Made by a program: the position numbers and the translations under genes. The notes beneath the pieces are model-generated. The model saw only the letters and a list, made by a program, of their open reading frames with translations. It was not told where the DNA came from and made no database searches. Below are positions 1 to 8,887 of a stretch of DNA of 30,159 bases, piece after piece; the first letter of the stretch is position 1, and each line of letters begins with the position of its first letter. Source of the DNA: a virus (taxonomy: Duplodnaviria; Heunggongvirae; Uroviricota; Caudoviricetes); the IMG/VR virus record IMGVR_UViG_3300050821_010409, positions 1 through 30,159 of that record; one strand, 5' to 3'.

Positions 1-120
1 AGGTCATTGCCAGCGCGGGACTGGCCGCAGGCACGGGCACGTCCCAGCCCCCGGGAGCGCAGGTCATTGCCAGCGCGGGACTGGCCGCAGGCACGGGCGC
101 GTCCCAGGCCCCGGGAGCGC
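1..120 (+). repeat. Near-perfect 60-bp tandem repeat encoding the 20-aa unit
   Basis: 1-60 and 61-120 both begin aggtcattgccagcgcgggactggccgcaggcacgggc and differ at only a few positions. Confidence 0.9.
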
Positions 121-1187
121 TCGCGATTGCCAGCACGGGACTGGCCACGGGCACGGGCACCGCCCAGGCTCCGGGTGCGCAAGTCACCGTCAGTGCCGGG
201 CTGGCTGCCGGGACGGGCACGGCACTTGCCCCGTCAGCATCGACGTCAGGGAACACCACGGCAAATGCCGGGCTGGCTGCGGGCGCGGGCACGTCCCAGG
301 CTCCGGGTGCGCAAGTTACCGCGCAGCCGGGCCTTGCCACCGGAACCGGGACCGCGCAGCCGCCCGTGGCCACCGCGGCAACGGCTTCTGGCCTTGCCTC
401 CGGCACGGGAACCGCGCAAGCCCCGGCCGCGCAGCTCGCGGCAGCCGCCGGGCTGGTCACGGGCGCTGGCACGGCCCAGCTCCCGGCAGTACAAGACGCG
501 GTCAGTGCCGGGCTGGCGCCCGGTGCCGGGACCGCGCAGCAGCCAGCCGTGGCGCTCACGCCGGGCACGGCCGTCAGTGCGGGCACGTCCCAGCCCCCTG
601 GTGCGCAGGTCACCGTCCTTGCCGGGCTGGCTTCCGGTACGGGCGCGGCACTGACGGCCACGGCGTCCACGTCAGGCAGCACGACGGCGAGTGCCGGGCT
701 GGCCACGGGCGCAGGCACGGCGCAGTCTCCTGGTGCGCAAGCTGTCGCCGCAGCGGGCCTGGGCGCTGGCACGGGCACTGCCCAGCCGCCCGTGCCTGGC
801 CGGGTGCCGGGACTGCCAGCAGGCACGGGCGCGGCCCTCAGCCCGGTAGCGCAGGCAGCTGAGGCTCCCGGCCTGGGCGCCGGGACCGGGGCTGCCCAGC
901 CGCCCGTGGCGAGCGTGACCGCCAGTGCCGCACTGGCCACGGGCGCAGGAACCGCGCAGGCCGCGGTCCCGGCCCGGACGCCCGTGCTGGCGGCTGCGAC
1001 CGCGGCAGCGCTGGCTGCAGCCGCCGTGGTGACGGCCCGGGCCCAGCTGGCCAGCTCGCTGGCGGTGGCCCCGCTGCCCGCCGTGTCAGCTGCCGCGAAC
1101 GTCATCAAGGGCTACAGCGCTGGCGCCAGCGTGACGCCAGCTGCCAGCAGCCGGGCAACGGTGACCTTCCCCGGAGGCGGCGCATGA
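1..1187 (+). CDS. Ala/Gly/Thr-rich repeat protein, 5'-truncated; probable virion-associated protein
   Basis: The frame of ORF 366..1187 is open back to base 3 (VIASAGLAAGTGTSQPPGAQ...). It has ~20-aa repeats of GLAxGTGTAQPP. Its stop overlaps the next start (ATGA, 1184-1187). Confidence 0.8.
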   Translation, partial: VIASAGLAAGTGTSQPPGAQVIASAGLAAGTGASQAPGALAIASTGLATGTGTAQAPGAQVTVSAGLAAGTGTALAPSASTSGNTTANAGLAAGAGTSQAPGAQVTAQPGLATGTGTAQPPVATAATASGLASGTGTAQAPAAQLAAAAGLVTGAGTAQLPAVQDAVSAGLAPGAGTAQQPAVALTPGTAVSAGTSQPPGAQVTVLAGLASGTGAALTATASTSGSTTASAGLATGAGTAQSPGAQAVAAAGLGAGTGTAQPPVPGRVPGLPAGTGAALSPVAQAAEAPGLGAGTGAAQPPVASVTASAALATGAGTAQAAVPARTPVLAAATAAALAAAAVVTARAQLASSLAVAPLPAVSAAANVIKGYSAGASVTPAASSRATVTFPGGGA

Positions 1188-3058
1188 CGACGTACCGGCT
1201 GTTCCCGGCCACTAACGGCCCGTCCTCGCCGGTGCCCTACACCGGCAACATCCTGGTGGGCGTCCTGTTCCGGGTGACCCAGGGCGGCATGTGGTTCACC
1301 GGCTACTGGAAGTGGGTGGCCACCGGCGAGGACGTGACGGCGCGGAAGTTCGCGCTGTGGCACGTCGACGGCGCCGGCACCGGGACGCTGCTGCCCGCTG
1401 CGACGGTCACGTCCGGGACGCTGACGGCCGGGCAGTGGAACTTCGTCGCCCTCAGCACGCCCATTCAGCTGTCGATCGGCAGCACGTACAACGCGTGCAC
1501 CGGCTGGGCTGCGGTCACCTTGCACGGCTTCAGCGATTCCGACACGACCGGCGCGGGCACGGGCGCGGCTGACTCGTACGGCTCCGGCGGCCACACATCG
1601 GGCATCACCAGCGGGCCCCTGTTCGCGTTCTCGGACCAGGGCTTTTCCGCGCCGGACCCGTTCGGCAACCCGCAGGGCGTTTTCTCCACGGCAGGCACGG
1701 ACGCGACCGTGAACATGCCTTTCACGGGCAGCAACAACGGCAACTTCTGGATGGACGCCAGCGTCTCCGACACGGCCCCTGCCGGGTACGCGGGGACGTA
1801 CCGGCTGTGGCCGAACACCGGGCCGCCGAACCCGTCGATCGTCTCCGATGCCCCGGACAATTACGAGGTCGCCACCGAGATCGCGCTGTCGCAGGCGTGC
1901 GTGGTCAGCAAGCTCTGGTACTACTCACCATCAGGCGCGACGCAGCTGGCGACCGCGGCGAACATCTGGAGCATCACCGGCGGCGGCCTGACGGGCACCC
2001 TGGCCGCCACGAACGCGGCGCCGTCGTGGTCGGGCGCCGCGGCGTCCGGGTGGATCTCGTGCACGCTGAGCGCGACCCTCCCTGCGGGCAAGTACAAGGC
2101 CGGCGTGTACAACGGCGCTGCCTCGCCGGCCGCGTGCTTCGCCAAGGACGCGCAGACCGATTACTGGCGCAACGGCATCGGCGCCAGCGGCGTCACCAAC
2201 GGCCCCATCTCGGCGCCGCAGCTGTCTGCCGCGTCACTGGCCTACAACTACAACGGCAATGCCGGCGGGACGCCTGCGTTCAGCGATGGCACGACGCTGG
2301 CCGGGCAGGGCACCTTCACCCAGGGCCCGCCTGACGTCTACCCCTACCTGGTGGCGCTGGTCACCACCCCGACGGCCGGCAGCACGCAAAACTACTGGGC
2401 TGACCTTGAAGTGACCCCGGCGGTCATCAGCGCGGGCCTGGCTGCCGGAACGGGCACTGCCCAGCCGCCCGTGGCCAGCGTGACTGCCAGCGCGGGCCTG
2501 GCTGCCGGGACGGGAACCGCGCAGCCGCCAGGCGCCGTCATCGCGGCCGGCCCCGGGCGGGCACCAGGAGCAGGAACTGCGCAGCCGCCAGCTGCGGCCG
2601 TGACCGCGAGCGCAGGGCGGGCGCCCGGTGCCGGGACCGCGCAGCCGCCTGCCGCGCAAGTCGTGGCCGGTACCGGGCTGGCAGCCGGGGCCGGTGCTTC
2701 CCAGCCGCCAGCAGCGCAGGTTACTGTCATTGCCGGGCTGCCCCCGGGCGCCGGGACGGCTTGGAACGCCGTGGTCACCACGGTGCCGTCCGTGACGGCC
2801 GCCGCAGGGCTGGCCGCTGCTGCAGGCACTGCCCAGGCGCCCGTTGCCGTGACCGTGGCCGCTGCAGGGGCGGGCACCGGGAACGGGACGGCGCAGCCGC
2901 CGTCCGTGGCCAGCTCCAGCAACGTGACGGCAGCGGCAGGGCTGGCGGCAGGCACGGGCACTGCCCCGGCACCGGGAGTGACCGGCCCGGTCGTGGGCGG
3001 CCACAGCATTGACACCGCCGTGACGGAGCTGGCGAGCATGCGCGCCACGGTGACGTGA
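1184..3058 (+). CDS. Protein with two tandem DUF4082-like beta-sandwich domains plus a C-terminal Ala/Gly/Thr repeat stalk; putative virion surface protein
   Basis: Two similar domains (VGVLFRV...GQWNFVAL...NFWMD and VATEIAL...SGWISCTL...NYWAD) resemble the DUF4082 pattern. The C-terminal GLAAGTGTAQPP repeats are shared with the upstream gene. Confidence 0.7.
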   Translation: MTTYRLFPATNGPSSPVPYTGNILVGVLFRVTQGGMWFTGYWKWVATGEDVTARKFALWHVDGAGTGTLLPAATVTSGTLTAGQWNFVALSTPIQLSIGSTYNACTGWAAVTLHGFSDSDTTGAGTGAADSYGSGGHTSGITSGPLFAFSDQGFSAPDPFGNPQGVFSTAGTDATVNMPFTGSNNGNFWMDASVSDTAPAGYAGTYRLWPNTGPPNPSIVSDAPDNYEVATEIALSQACVVSKLWYYSPSGATQLATAANIWSITGGGLTGTLAATNAAPSWSGAAASGWISCTLSATLPAGKYKAGVYNGAASPAACFAKDAQTDYWRNGIGASGVTNGPISAPQLSAASLAYNYNGNAGGTPAFSDGTTLAGQGTFTQGPPDVYPYLVALVTTPTAGSTQNYWADLEVTPAVISAGLAAGTGTAQPPVASVTASAGLAAGTGTAQPPGAVIAAGPGRAPGAGTAQPPAAAVTASAGRAPGAGTAQPPAAQVVAGTGLAAGAGASQPPAAQVTVIAGLPPGAGTAWNAVVTTVPSVTAAAGLAAAAGTAQAPVAVTVAAAGAGTGNGTAQPPSVASSSNVTAAAGLAAGTGTAPAPGVTGPVVGGHSIDTAVTELASMRATVT

Positions 3059-3155
3059 CCGGCGTGATGGCGAGGCGTATCCTGGCAGGCAAGAGGATGC
3101 AGGACCAGCACCCGGCGGCTGGTAGCGCGGGTCACCCTCAGCCAGGGCAGCGCGC

Positions 3156-4094
3156 ATGACCGCAACGGTCTTCTACGAGTCACCATCGGAGATAGCCGAG
3201 CTGGGCAACGTCTTCCTGAACAGCTCCCAGGTCGCGGCAGACCCGACCACGGTCAGCTGCGTGGTGACTGACCCGTCTGGCACGTCCGTCACGCACACCT
3301 ACAACGGCTCGGCTCCCGCGGACGTCGTCCGCAATTCCGCCGGGAGCTACACGCTGCCCGTGCCGTGCTCGCCGGCCATCACGGGCATTGACGGCCTGTG
3401 GTCGTTCGTCTGGATCGGCACCGGGGCGGTATCGGACATCCAGCCGGGCACCTGGCGGGTGCTGCCGACGGCGGTCGGCACCTGGTACATCGGCCTGGAG
3501 GAGTTCAAGGACCGGCTGGGCATCACCGACAGCGACGACGACTCGCAGGCCCAGATCGCCATCCAGACCGTGTGCGACTGGGTGAACCAGTGGTGCGGCC
3601 AGCACTTCACCCGGATCACCGAAGTGCGCACCTTCGTGCCGCATGAGCTGGTGAAGGTCAACATCGACCCGCTGGTCTCGCTGACCGCGCTCAACGTGGA
3701 CCGCGATGGTGACGGCACTTTCGAGGAGGCCTGGGTGCAGGGCACTGATTACCAGCTCCGGATCGGGCCTGACAGCTATAACCTGAACGCGACGGGCATC
3801 TTGCGGCCGTACCGGCAGGCCTACACCGTGCAGTCTGGGAAGCTGTTCCCCTTCATCTACCCGTTCGCGCACCTGGACCGGGTGCAGATCGCCGGGACCT
3901 GGGGCTGGAGCCAGGTCCCGGCCTCGGTGACGCAAGCGTCCTTCATCCTGGCCGCGGACTTGTTCAAGTCAAAGGACGCGCCCTTCGGCGTGGCGGGGGT
4001 CTCCGATTACGGCGTCACGCGCATCCAGGCCAACCCCTGGCTGATAGAGCTGCTGCGGCCCTTCAAGAACACGAAGCGCTCGGTGGGAGTATGA
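3156..4094 (+). CDS. Head-to-tail adaptor (gp6/gp15-like connector) with an extra N-terminal beta domain
   Basis: YIGLEEFKDRLGITDSDDD...VNQWCGQHF and GTWGWSQVPASVTQASFILAADLFK are typical connector motifs. Confidence 0.8.
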   Translation: MTATVFYESPSEIAELGNVFLNSSQVAADPTTVSCVVTDPSGTSVTHTYNGSAPADVVRNSAGSYTLPVPCSPAITGIDGLWSFVWIGTGAVSDIQPGTWRVLPTAVGTWYIGLEEFKDRLGITDSDDDSQAQIAIQTVCDWVNQWCGQHFTRITEVRTFVPHELVKVNIDPLVSLTALNVDRDGDGTFEEAWVQGTDYQLRIGPDSYNLNATGILRPYRQAYTVQSGKLFPFIYPFAHLDRVQIAGTWGWSQVPASVTQASFILAADLFKSKDAPFGVAGVSDYGVTRIQANPWLIELLRPFKNTKRSVGV

Positions 4095-4107
4095 GGCACG
4101 CCTACGC

Positions 4108-4257
4108 TGGCTGGCTGTCGATCTGTGGCAGCAGGAAGGGGAGGCATAAGGCACATCTACGCTGGCTGGCTGAGCGGATAGGGCGGCACGCATGGGGTGG
4201 CTGGCTGTAGTCGCTTGGCTGCAGGGCCGCTGAGGCTGGCACGTGTCTCATGGCTGG
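4108..4257 (-). ncRNA. TIGR-like dual-repeat array A (~4 units)
   Basis: + strand alternates tggctggct / 9 nt / tggc(a,t,g)gc, e.g. tggctggct gtagtcgct tggctgc. RNA sense is AGCCAGCCA / UGCAGCCA. Confidence 0.65.
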
Positions 4258-4289
4258 TCGTTTTACGGAACGGGGAAGAGTGAGGCGTG

Positions 4290-4400
4290 ATGGTCATCAA
4301 GGTAAGGACCGGGCTAACGCGGGGCGTGCTGACGACGCAGAACTGCCCGGCCCTCGTGCCGGTGGACAACGTGAAGTCGGGCTGCCCCCGCGGCCGGTGA
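4290..4400 (+). CDS. Possible 36-aa micro-ORF between arrays A and B
   Basis: ATG at 4290 after purine-rich ggggaagagtgagg; MVIKVRTGLTRGVLTTQNCPALVPVDNVKSGCPRGR. Confidence 0.3.
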   Translation: MVIKVRTGLTRGVLTTQNCPALVPVDNVKSGCPRGR

Positions 4401-4422
4401 GCCATGACGGTCAGGGAGTCTT

Positions 4423-4624
4423 CGGCTGGCTGACCGGCGGTGGCTGCCGTCTTCTGGCTGGCTCATCTGGTTCGGCTGCTGGTCCTTGGCGGGCAAGCGA
4501 TCTCGGGCTGCTGGTCCTTGGCGGGCAAGCGATCTCGGGCTGCTGGTCCTTGGCGGGCAAGCGATCTCGGGCTGCTGGTCCTTGGCTGACTCGCGTCCCT
4601 GGGCTGCTGTTTCTTTGACTGGCT
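4423..4624 (-). ncRNA. TIGR-like array B (~6 units, strict 32-nt period)
   Basis: 9+9+7+7 nt units. It includes three identical 32-bp copies of ggctgctggtccttggcgggcaagcgatctcg at 4474-4569 plus a partial fourth to 4586. Confidence 0.75.
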
Positions 4625-4636
4625 ACCTGCGGCCGT

Positions 4637-4651
4637 TATACTGCAGCATAC
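4637..4651 (+). promoter_or_regulatory. Phage promoter/operator motif KATACYGNNNNAKAC (copy 1 of 8)
   Basis: TATACTGCAGCATAC upstream of RBS aaggagg and ATG 4669. Other copies: 5778-5792(-), 9968-9982(+), 10227-10241(+), 10761-10775(+), 17061-17075(-), 19758-19772(-), 23792-23806(-). Confidence 0.6.
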
Positions 4652-4668
4652 AGCAAGAAGGAGGGCAC

Positions 4669-4929
4669 ATGGCACGGCTGCCAAGCGGGCGCTACCTTGC
4701 CCAGCACGCGGGCGACGACGTGATCGTGTTCGAGGAGGGCACTGAGCGCGAGGTCATGCGCGTCCCGCTGGTCTTGCGGGGAGGCGACGGCAGCGTCACG
4801 GTCAACAAGGACGGGATTGCCGAAGCGCAGGCTGTCATCTACCACAGTGAACTGGGCGACGAAGACCGGGCATTCGCGCATTTCTGGTGCGGGTACTTCT
4901 ATGCGCACGCTGCCAGGGATACCGTTTAG
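4669..4929 (+). CDS. Hypothetical protein (86 aa)
   Basis: RBS gaaggagg then ATG 4669. The longer 4486 start lies inside array B and is rejected. Confidence 0.75.
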   Translation: MARLPSGRYLAQHAGDDVIVFEEGTEREVMRVPLVLRGGDGSVTVNKDGIAEAQAVIYHSELGDEDRAFAHFWCGYFYAHAARDTV

Positions 4930-4943
4930 CCCAGGAGGTCACG

Positions 4944-5591
4944 ATGGCCAAGGCCCCGAAGGCCCCGCTTGCCGCGCATGCCGGCCGCACGCCTGCGCAA
5001 GTGGCCGCCGGGAAGAAGTTCGCCGCTGCCGGCCGTAAGGCGCAGGCTACCGCCCGGGCCCGGGGCAAGAAGCCGTCCGCTGCCCAGAAGCAGGCGGCGC
5101 TGAAGTGGGCCGCGGCGGGCCGGGCAGCGCAGGCGGCCAAGCGCCAGGGCAAGGTCCCGGTGCAGAAGGCCGCGGCCGTCGCTCCCGTCCAGCCTGCGGT
5201 CCTGCCCGGCTGGTGGCTGCTGGGCTGCAATGACGAGGCGCCCACGTGCGCGGCCACGGCAGTGGCCAACCACCTGCTGGCCGTCACGGGCCTGGCGCTG
5301 ACTGCGCAGGAGGTCGCGCGGCTGCACGCGATGGCCGGGGGCGAGGACGGCGCCGGCATCGCTGACGTGCTGGACGTGCTGCTGGCTTGGTCACCTAGGG
5401 CAGATGTGCGCCTGGTGTCGGCCAGGCGCGCTGACGAGGCCATGATCGTGCCTGGCCTCGTCGTCGGCGTCAGCCTGCCGCACGCGCGCCATGCCGTGCT
5501 GTCCCACCCGCGGGGGATGGTCAGCTGGGGGCGCGTGATGCCCTGGACCGGGGTGCCGGATGAGGCGTGGGCACTGGAGTGGGCGGCCTAG
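4944..5591 (+). CDS. Lys/Ala-rich N-terminus fused to a papain-like cysteine peptidase-like domain
   Basis: RBS aggagg before ATG 4944. TCAATAVANHL (Cys), RHAVL (His) and SWG echo the motifs of 10822..11808. Confidence 0.6.
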   Translation: MAKAPKAPLAAHAGRTPAQVAAGKKFAAAGRKAQATARARGKKPSAAQKQAALKWAAAGRAAQAAKRQGKVPVQKAAAVAPVQPAVLPGWWLLGCNDEAPTCAATAVANHLLAVTGLALTAQEVARLHAMAGGEDGAGIADVLDVLLAWSPRADVRLVSARRADEAMIVPGLVVGVSLPHARHAVLSHPRGMVSWGRVMPWTGVPDEAWALEWAA

Positions 5592-5599
5592 TGCCACAA

Positions 5600-5722
5600 T
5601 GGCTGGCCCTGGGTCAACGGCTGAACAGGCATGGCTGGCTTCGCCTGCGCGCAGAGGCAAGAGAACTGCGACATGTCCCTGGCGGCACGATCGTGTTGGC
5701 TGGCCTTGGATCAATGGCTGCA
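5600..5722 (-). ncRNA. TIGR-like array C (~3 units), preceded on the - strand by a 14-bp hairpin and a promoter motif
   Basis: tggctggcc ctgggtcaa cggctga acaggca tggctggct ... tggctggcc ttggatcaa tggctgca. Inverted repeat at 5726-5739/5769-5782; motif copy at 5778-5792(-). Confidence 0.7.
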
Positions 5723-5802
5723 AAGGAGACGACTGGCCTTCAGCGAAGAGAGCCGGGAAGGCGGGCGCAGGCCAGTCGTCTCTCGCAGTATAGTATCAGC
5801 TC

Positions 5803-5961
5803 GTGGCTGACGACGTTCCTGACCCGCTGACGATGCTGCAGGCGTCCGCCGTGGCCCAGCACGAGATGTACCTGGCCTGGGTGATGGCAGGCTTCACCAC
5901 GGAGCAGTCCATGGAGCTGGTGTCGACCGTGATCTACGCGATGATCATGAAGGCGGCGTGA
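5803..5961 (+). CDS. Small hypothetical phage protein (52 aa)
   Basis: GTG 5803, MADDVPDPLTMLQASAVAQHEMYLAWVMAGFTTEQSMELV..., resembling small actinophage proteins with an AGFTxEQA-type motif. Below the ORF-track length cutoff. Confidence 0.65.
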   Translation: MADDVPDPLTMLQASAVAQHEMYLAWVMAGFTTEQSMELVSTVIYAMIMKAA

Positions 5962-5989
5962 ATGACTGCTGTAGCGTACGGTAAAGCTC

Positions 5990-6592
5990 ATGGTAACGGG
6001 TCGTCGCACGTGGCTGCCAGGAATCAAGGATGGCCGCGTGGAGCTGCCTGAGCGCCATTACCAGCTGGTGCGCGGGCTGAAGTCAGGGCGCGAGCTGTGG
6101 AAGCGCCATCCGCACGTCCGGACCGGGCAGGAACTGACTTTTGGCGAGCGCGCTGCGGACGTGATGCGAAACGCCTTCGGGTCGTGGGCGTTCGTTGGCA
6201 GCTTCCTGGCCTTCATGGGCGCCTGGATGGCGTTCAATTCACTGTTCCTGCGCGGGCACGGGTTCGATAAGTACCCGTACATCCTGCTGAACTTGTGCTT
6301 GTCGATGATGGCCGGCTTGCAGGGAGCGCTGATCCTGATCGCGGCCAAGCGGGCTGACCGGGTCTCAGCAGAGCAGGCGCTCGCGCATTACAGCGAGACG
6401 GGAAAGCTGGACGCGCTCCTGACCGTCAATAATGAGATGACGGCGCGGATCGAGGCAGCCAGCGCGCTGCTGACGGAAATTCACCGTCATGTTACCGCGA
6501 TGACGCCAGGAGCGGGCGCGTTCTCCCCAGGGCACGAGCCCGGGCAGGAGCCAGCATCGCGCCGTGATCCCGGGAGCGCTGACTGTGACTGA
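5990..6592 (+). CDS. DUF1003-family membrane protein
   Basis: TFGERAAD...FGSWAF...FDKYPYILLNLCLSMMAGLQGALILIA matches the DUF1003 signature. Confidence 0.8.
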   Translation: MVTGRRTWLPGIKDGRVELPERHYQLVRGLKSGRELWKRHPHVRTGQELTFGERAADVMRNAFGSWAFVGSFLAFMGAWMAFNSLFLRGHGFDKYPYILLNLCLSMMAGLQGALILIAAKRADRVSAEQALAHYSETGKLDALLTVNNEMTARIEAASALLTEIHRHVTAMTPGAGAFSPGHEPGQEPASRRDPGSADCD

Positions 6593-7010
6593 CCTTGCCG
6601 CTATCCGCACCGCCCTGGCCGCCCGGATTACCACGGGCACGGGACTGCGCGCCCTGCCGGAAGCCCGTGACCAGGTCAGCCCGCCGGTGGCCGTGGTGCT
6701 GCCCGGCCAGCCCGTGGTGACCTACGGCGCCACCGTGGACGGCGCCTTCACCGTGAACCTGCGGGTGCTGCTGCTGCTCAGCGACGGGGCGCCGGTGGAG
6801 AAGGTGCAGCGCGCGCTGGATGCCTACCTGGGCATCGGCGTGGATGACAGCGTCCCGGCCAGCATCGCCGGCGCCATCCAGGAGGACCCGACGCTGGGCG
6901 GCGCCGTGCACTTCGCCGTGCCGCTGGCCGCTGACAGCTACGGGCGGGTGGACTATGCCGGGGTCACCTATTTCGGGGCCCGCCTGTCGATCCAGGCAGG
7001 GGCGCTGTAG
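6585..7010 (+). CDS. Tail terminator / tail completion protein
   Basis: GTG 6585 overlaps the upstream stop. LAAIRTALAARI...PPVAVV...IAGAIQEDPTLGG...YFGARLSI is typical of actinophage tail terminators. Confidence 0.75.
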   Translation: MTDLAAIRTALAARITTGTGLRALPEARDQVSPPVAVVLPGQPVVTYGATVDGAFTVNLRVLLLLSDGAPVEKVQRALDAYLGIGVDDSVPASIAGAIQEDPTLGGAVHFAVPLAADSYGRVDYAGVTYFGARLSIQAGAL

Positions 7011-7052
7011 CCCGGCACAGCGCGGCGCAGTCTGACGCAGTATGCTAACGTC

Positions 7053-7436
7053 ATGAATCCCGTGCTTGATGACGTCCTGGCGGCGCTGCGGCAATCCTGG
7101 ATACGGGAGACCAGCGCCTTCCCGGACCGGTGGACGCCCGGGAACCCTGCGTGCGGGCAGTGCACGGTATCGGCCCTGGTGATCCAGGACTATGCCGGCG
7201 GCGACCTCGTGCGGTTCCTTGTCGTTGACGCCGGCATGGACATGCGGCACACGGTGAACCGGCTGCCCGGCGGCATGCTGCTCGACGCCACCGCCAGCCA
7301 GTTCGCGTCCGTCCCGGTGTACGTGCCGCGGGCGCCGGAGACCCGCGCGGCGGCACTGGAACGGCAGGACATGGCCGTGCGCTACGCCATCTTGAGCGAG
7401 CGGGTGGAGCGCTGGCTGGAGGAAGAGGCATCGTGA
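7053..7436 (+). CDS. YunG-like protein (Cys-His-Asp fold)
   Basis: SWIRETS...WTPGNPACGQCTVSALVIQDYAGG...HTVN...DATASQF. Possibly leaderless after TATGCT at ~7040. Confidence 0.7.
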   Translation: MNPVLDDVLAALRQSWIRETSAFPDRWTPGNPACGQCTVSALVIQDYAGGDLVRFLVVDAGMDMRHTVNRLPGGMLLDATASQFASVPVYVPRAPETRAAALERQDMAVRYAILSERVERWLEEEAS

Positions 7437-7705
7437 GCCAGCCCTGGCACGGCATCGTGATCGAGGTCACTGGCGATGAGGCCACTGTTGACCTGCGCCG
7501 GGAGGGCAGCGTGAGCATGGTGGCAGAGGTGGAGCTGGCCCGGTGGGGCTTGCACGACGTGATGCCGGGTGACGTCCTGGTGCTGGACACCGACGCGGGC
7601 ACCGTGACGCGCCTGGAGCTGCCTGCCTGGACGCAGCAGGAGCTGGACGCCGTTCACGAGCGCGCCCGTGAGATGGCCGCCTGGTTTGAGGAGAACGTGC
7701 AATGA
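7433..7705 (+). CDS. Hypothetical protein
   Basis: 4-nt overlaps with both neighbours and GC3-rich codons. Confidence 0.7.
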   Translation: MSQPWHGIVIEVTGDEATVDLRREGSVSMVAEVELARWGLHDVMPGDVLVLDTDAGTVTRLELPAWTQQELDAVHERAREMAAWFEENVQ

Positions 7706-8226
7706 CCCTGGACACACGCGTGTACGTGATCAGCAAGGTGGACTACCGGGCCGTGTGGGTAGCGTGCAACCGGCTCATCGGCGCTCACGAGGGCATCAAG
7801 TTCACCGATGAGGGCGGTTACATCGGGAACAAGCCCGGCCAGGGGCTGCTCGCGCTGCTGGACGTTCACTATGGCACGGACGCGCCACTGGTTGCCGAGG
7901 GCGGCCACCACCGGTACTGCGAGCCTGATGACGAGGACGCGCGCCACCGGCGCTGCTTCCCGCACTGGCTGGAGGCCTCCTTCGACACGCCGTACGGCTA
8001 CCGGGACTCCGACGGCAATGGCTGCGGTGACCTGCACGCCCGCCTGGTCGCGGAGCTGGGCCAGTGGCTGGACGGCCAGGGCGCCCGCTGGGCCTGGGAG
8101 AACGAGTTCACCGGCGAGGTGCATGAGGGCTATGAGGGCCTGACGGACCTCGCCCGCGGGGGCGCGCAGGCGACCCAGTGGTACCGCACGATCGTCGCTC
8201 CGGCCCTCGGGCTGCCCGCTTCGTGA
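7702..8226 (+). CDS. Hypothetical protein
   Basis: ATGA overlap with the upstream gene and GC3-rich codons. Confidence 0.75.
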   Translation: MTLDTRVYVISKVDYRAVWVACNRLIGAHEGIKFTDEGGYIGNKPGQGLLALLDVHYGTDAPLVAEGGHHRYCEPDDEDARHRRCFPHWLEASFDTPYGYRDSDGNGCGDLHARLVAELGQWLDGQGARWAWENEFTGEVHEGYEGLTDLARGGAQATQWYRTIVAPALGLPAS

Positions 8227-8331
8227 GCGACGACCTGCGCAAAGACGCGGGCGCGTTCCTGTATGGGTACAGGTGCTTAACCGGGGTGCCAAGTCTTGTT
8301 TTTTACACCCAGGACTAGGTAATCTCCGTGT

Positions 8332-8871
8332 GTGAAACGAGTTCAAATCCCGGTTACCTGGGATATGCACAAGCGGTTCGAGGCCAAGCTGCTGCCAGGG
8401 CCACCATCACCGGATGAGGATTTGTGCCCGGGACCTTGCTGGGCCTGGTCAGGCGCGCACTTCCAGAAGACAGGTTACGCTCTGTTCAATGTTAAGTGCG
8501 GAGACGGGAAGTGGCGGCCAACGACAGCGCACCGGATTGCCTGGCGGCTGTACCGTGGCGAGTTCGATCCTGAGCTGGAACCTGATCACCTGTGCCGTAA
8601 CCGGGCCTGCGTGAACCCTTGGCACGGCGACCCGGTGACCCGGTCAGTCAACATGCTCCGCGGGATGCACCCGACTGCTATCCTGGTTCGCGAGAACAAG
8701 TGCCCGCAAGGGCATGAATTCACGGAAGCTAATACCATCCTGCGCAAAAATGGCAAGAGGGAATGCCGGGCATGCGCTCAGGCGCGGGATAACGCCAGGA
8801 ATGCAAGTGGTGCCCGCAAGGATCATTACCGAAAGATGTACCTGCAGCGTAAACAGCGGAAATCGCTGTGA
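8332..8871 (+). CDS. HNH homing endonuclease (His-Me finger plus C-terminal Zn domain)
   Basis: CWAWSG...GY...AHRIAW...DHLCRNRACVNPWH...N, followed by CPQGHEF...RECRAC. GC is lower than in neighbouring genes. Confidence 0.9.
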   Translation: MKRVQIPVTWDMHKRFEAKLLPGPPSPDEDLCPGPCWAWSGAHFQKTGYALFNVKCGDGKWRPTTAHRIAWRLYRGEFDPELEPDHLCRNRACVNPWHGDPVTRSVNMLRGMHPTAILVRENKCPQGHEFTEANTILRKNGKRECRACAQARDNARNASGARKDHYRKMYLQRKQRKSL

Positions 8872-8887
8872 AGGAGGTGATGCCAAC

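Noticed and set aside
7-654. Arg/Pro-rich 215-aa ORF
   Set aside because: Alternate-frame shadow of the Ala/Gly/Thr repeat gene.
8259-8274. cctgta/tacagg hairpin as a terminator
   Set aside because: Weak 6-bp stem, and the T-run is about 20 nt away.
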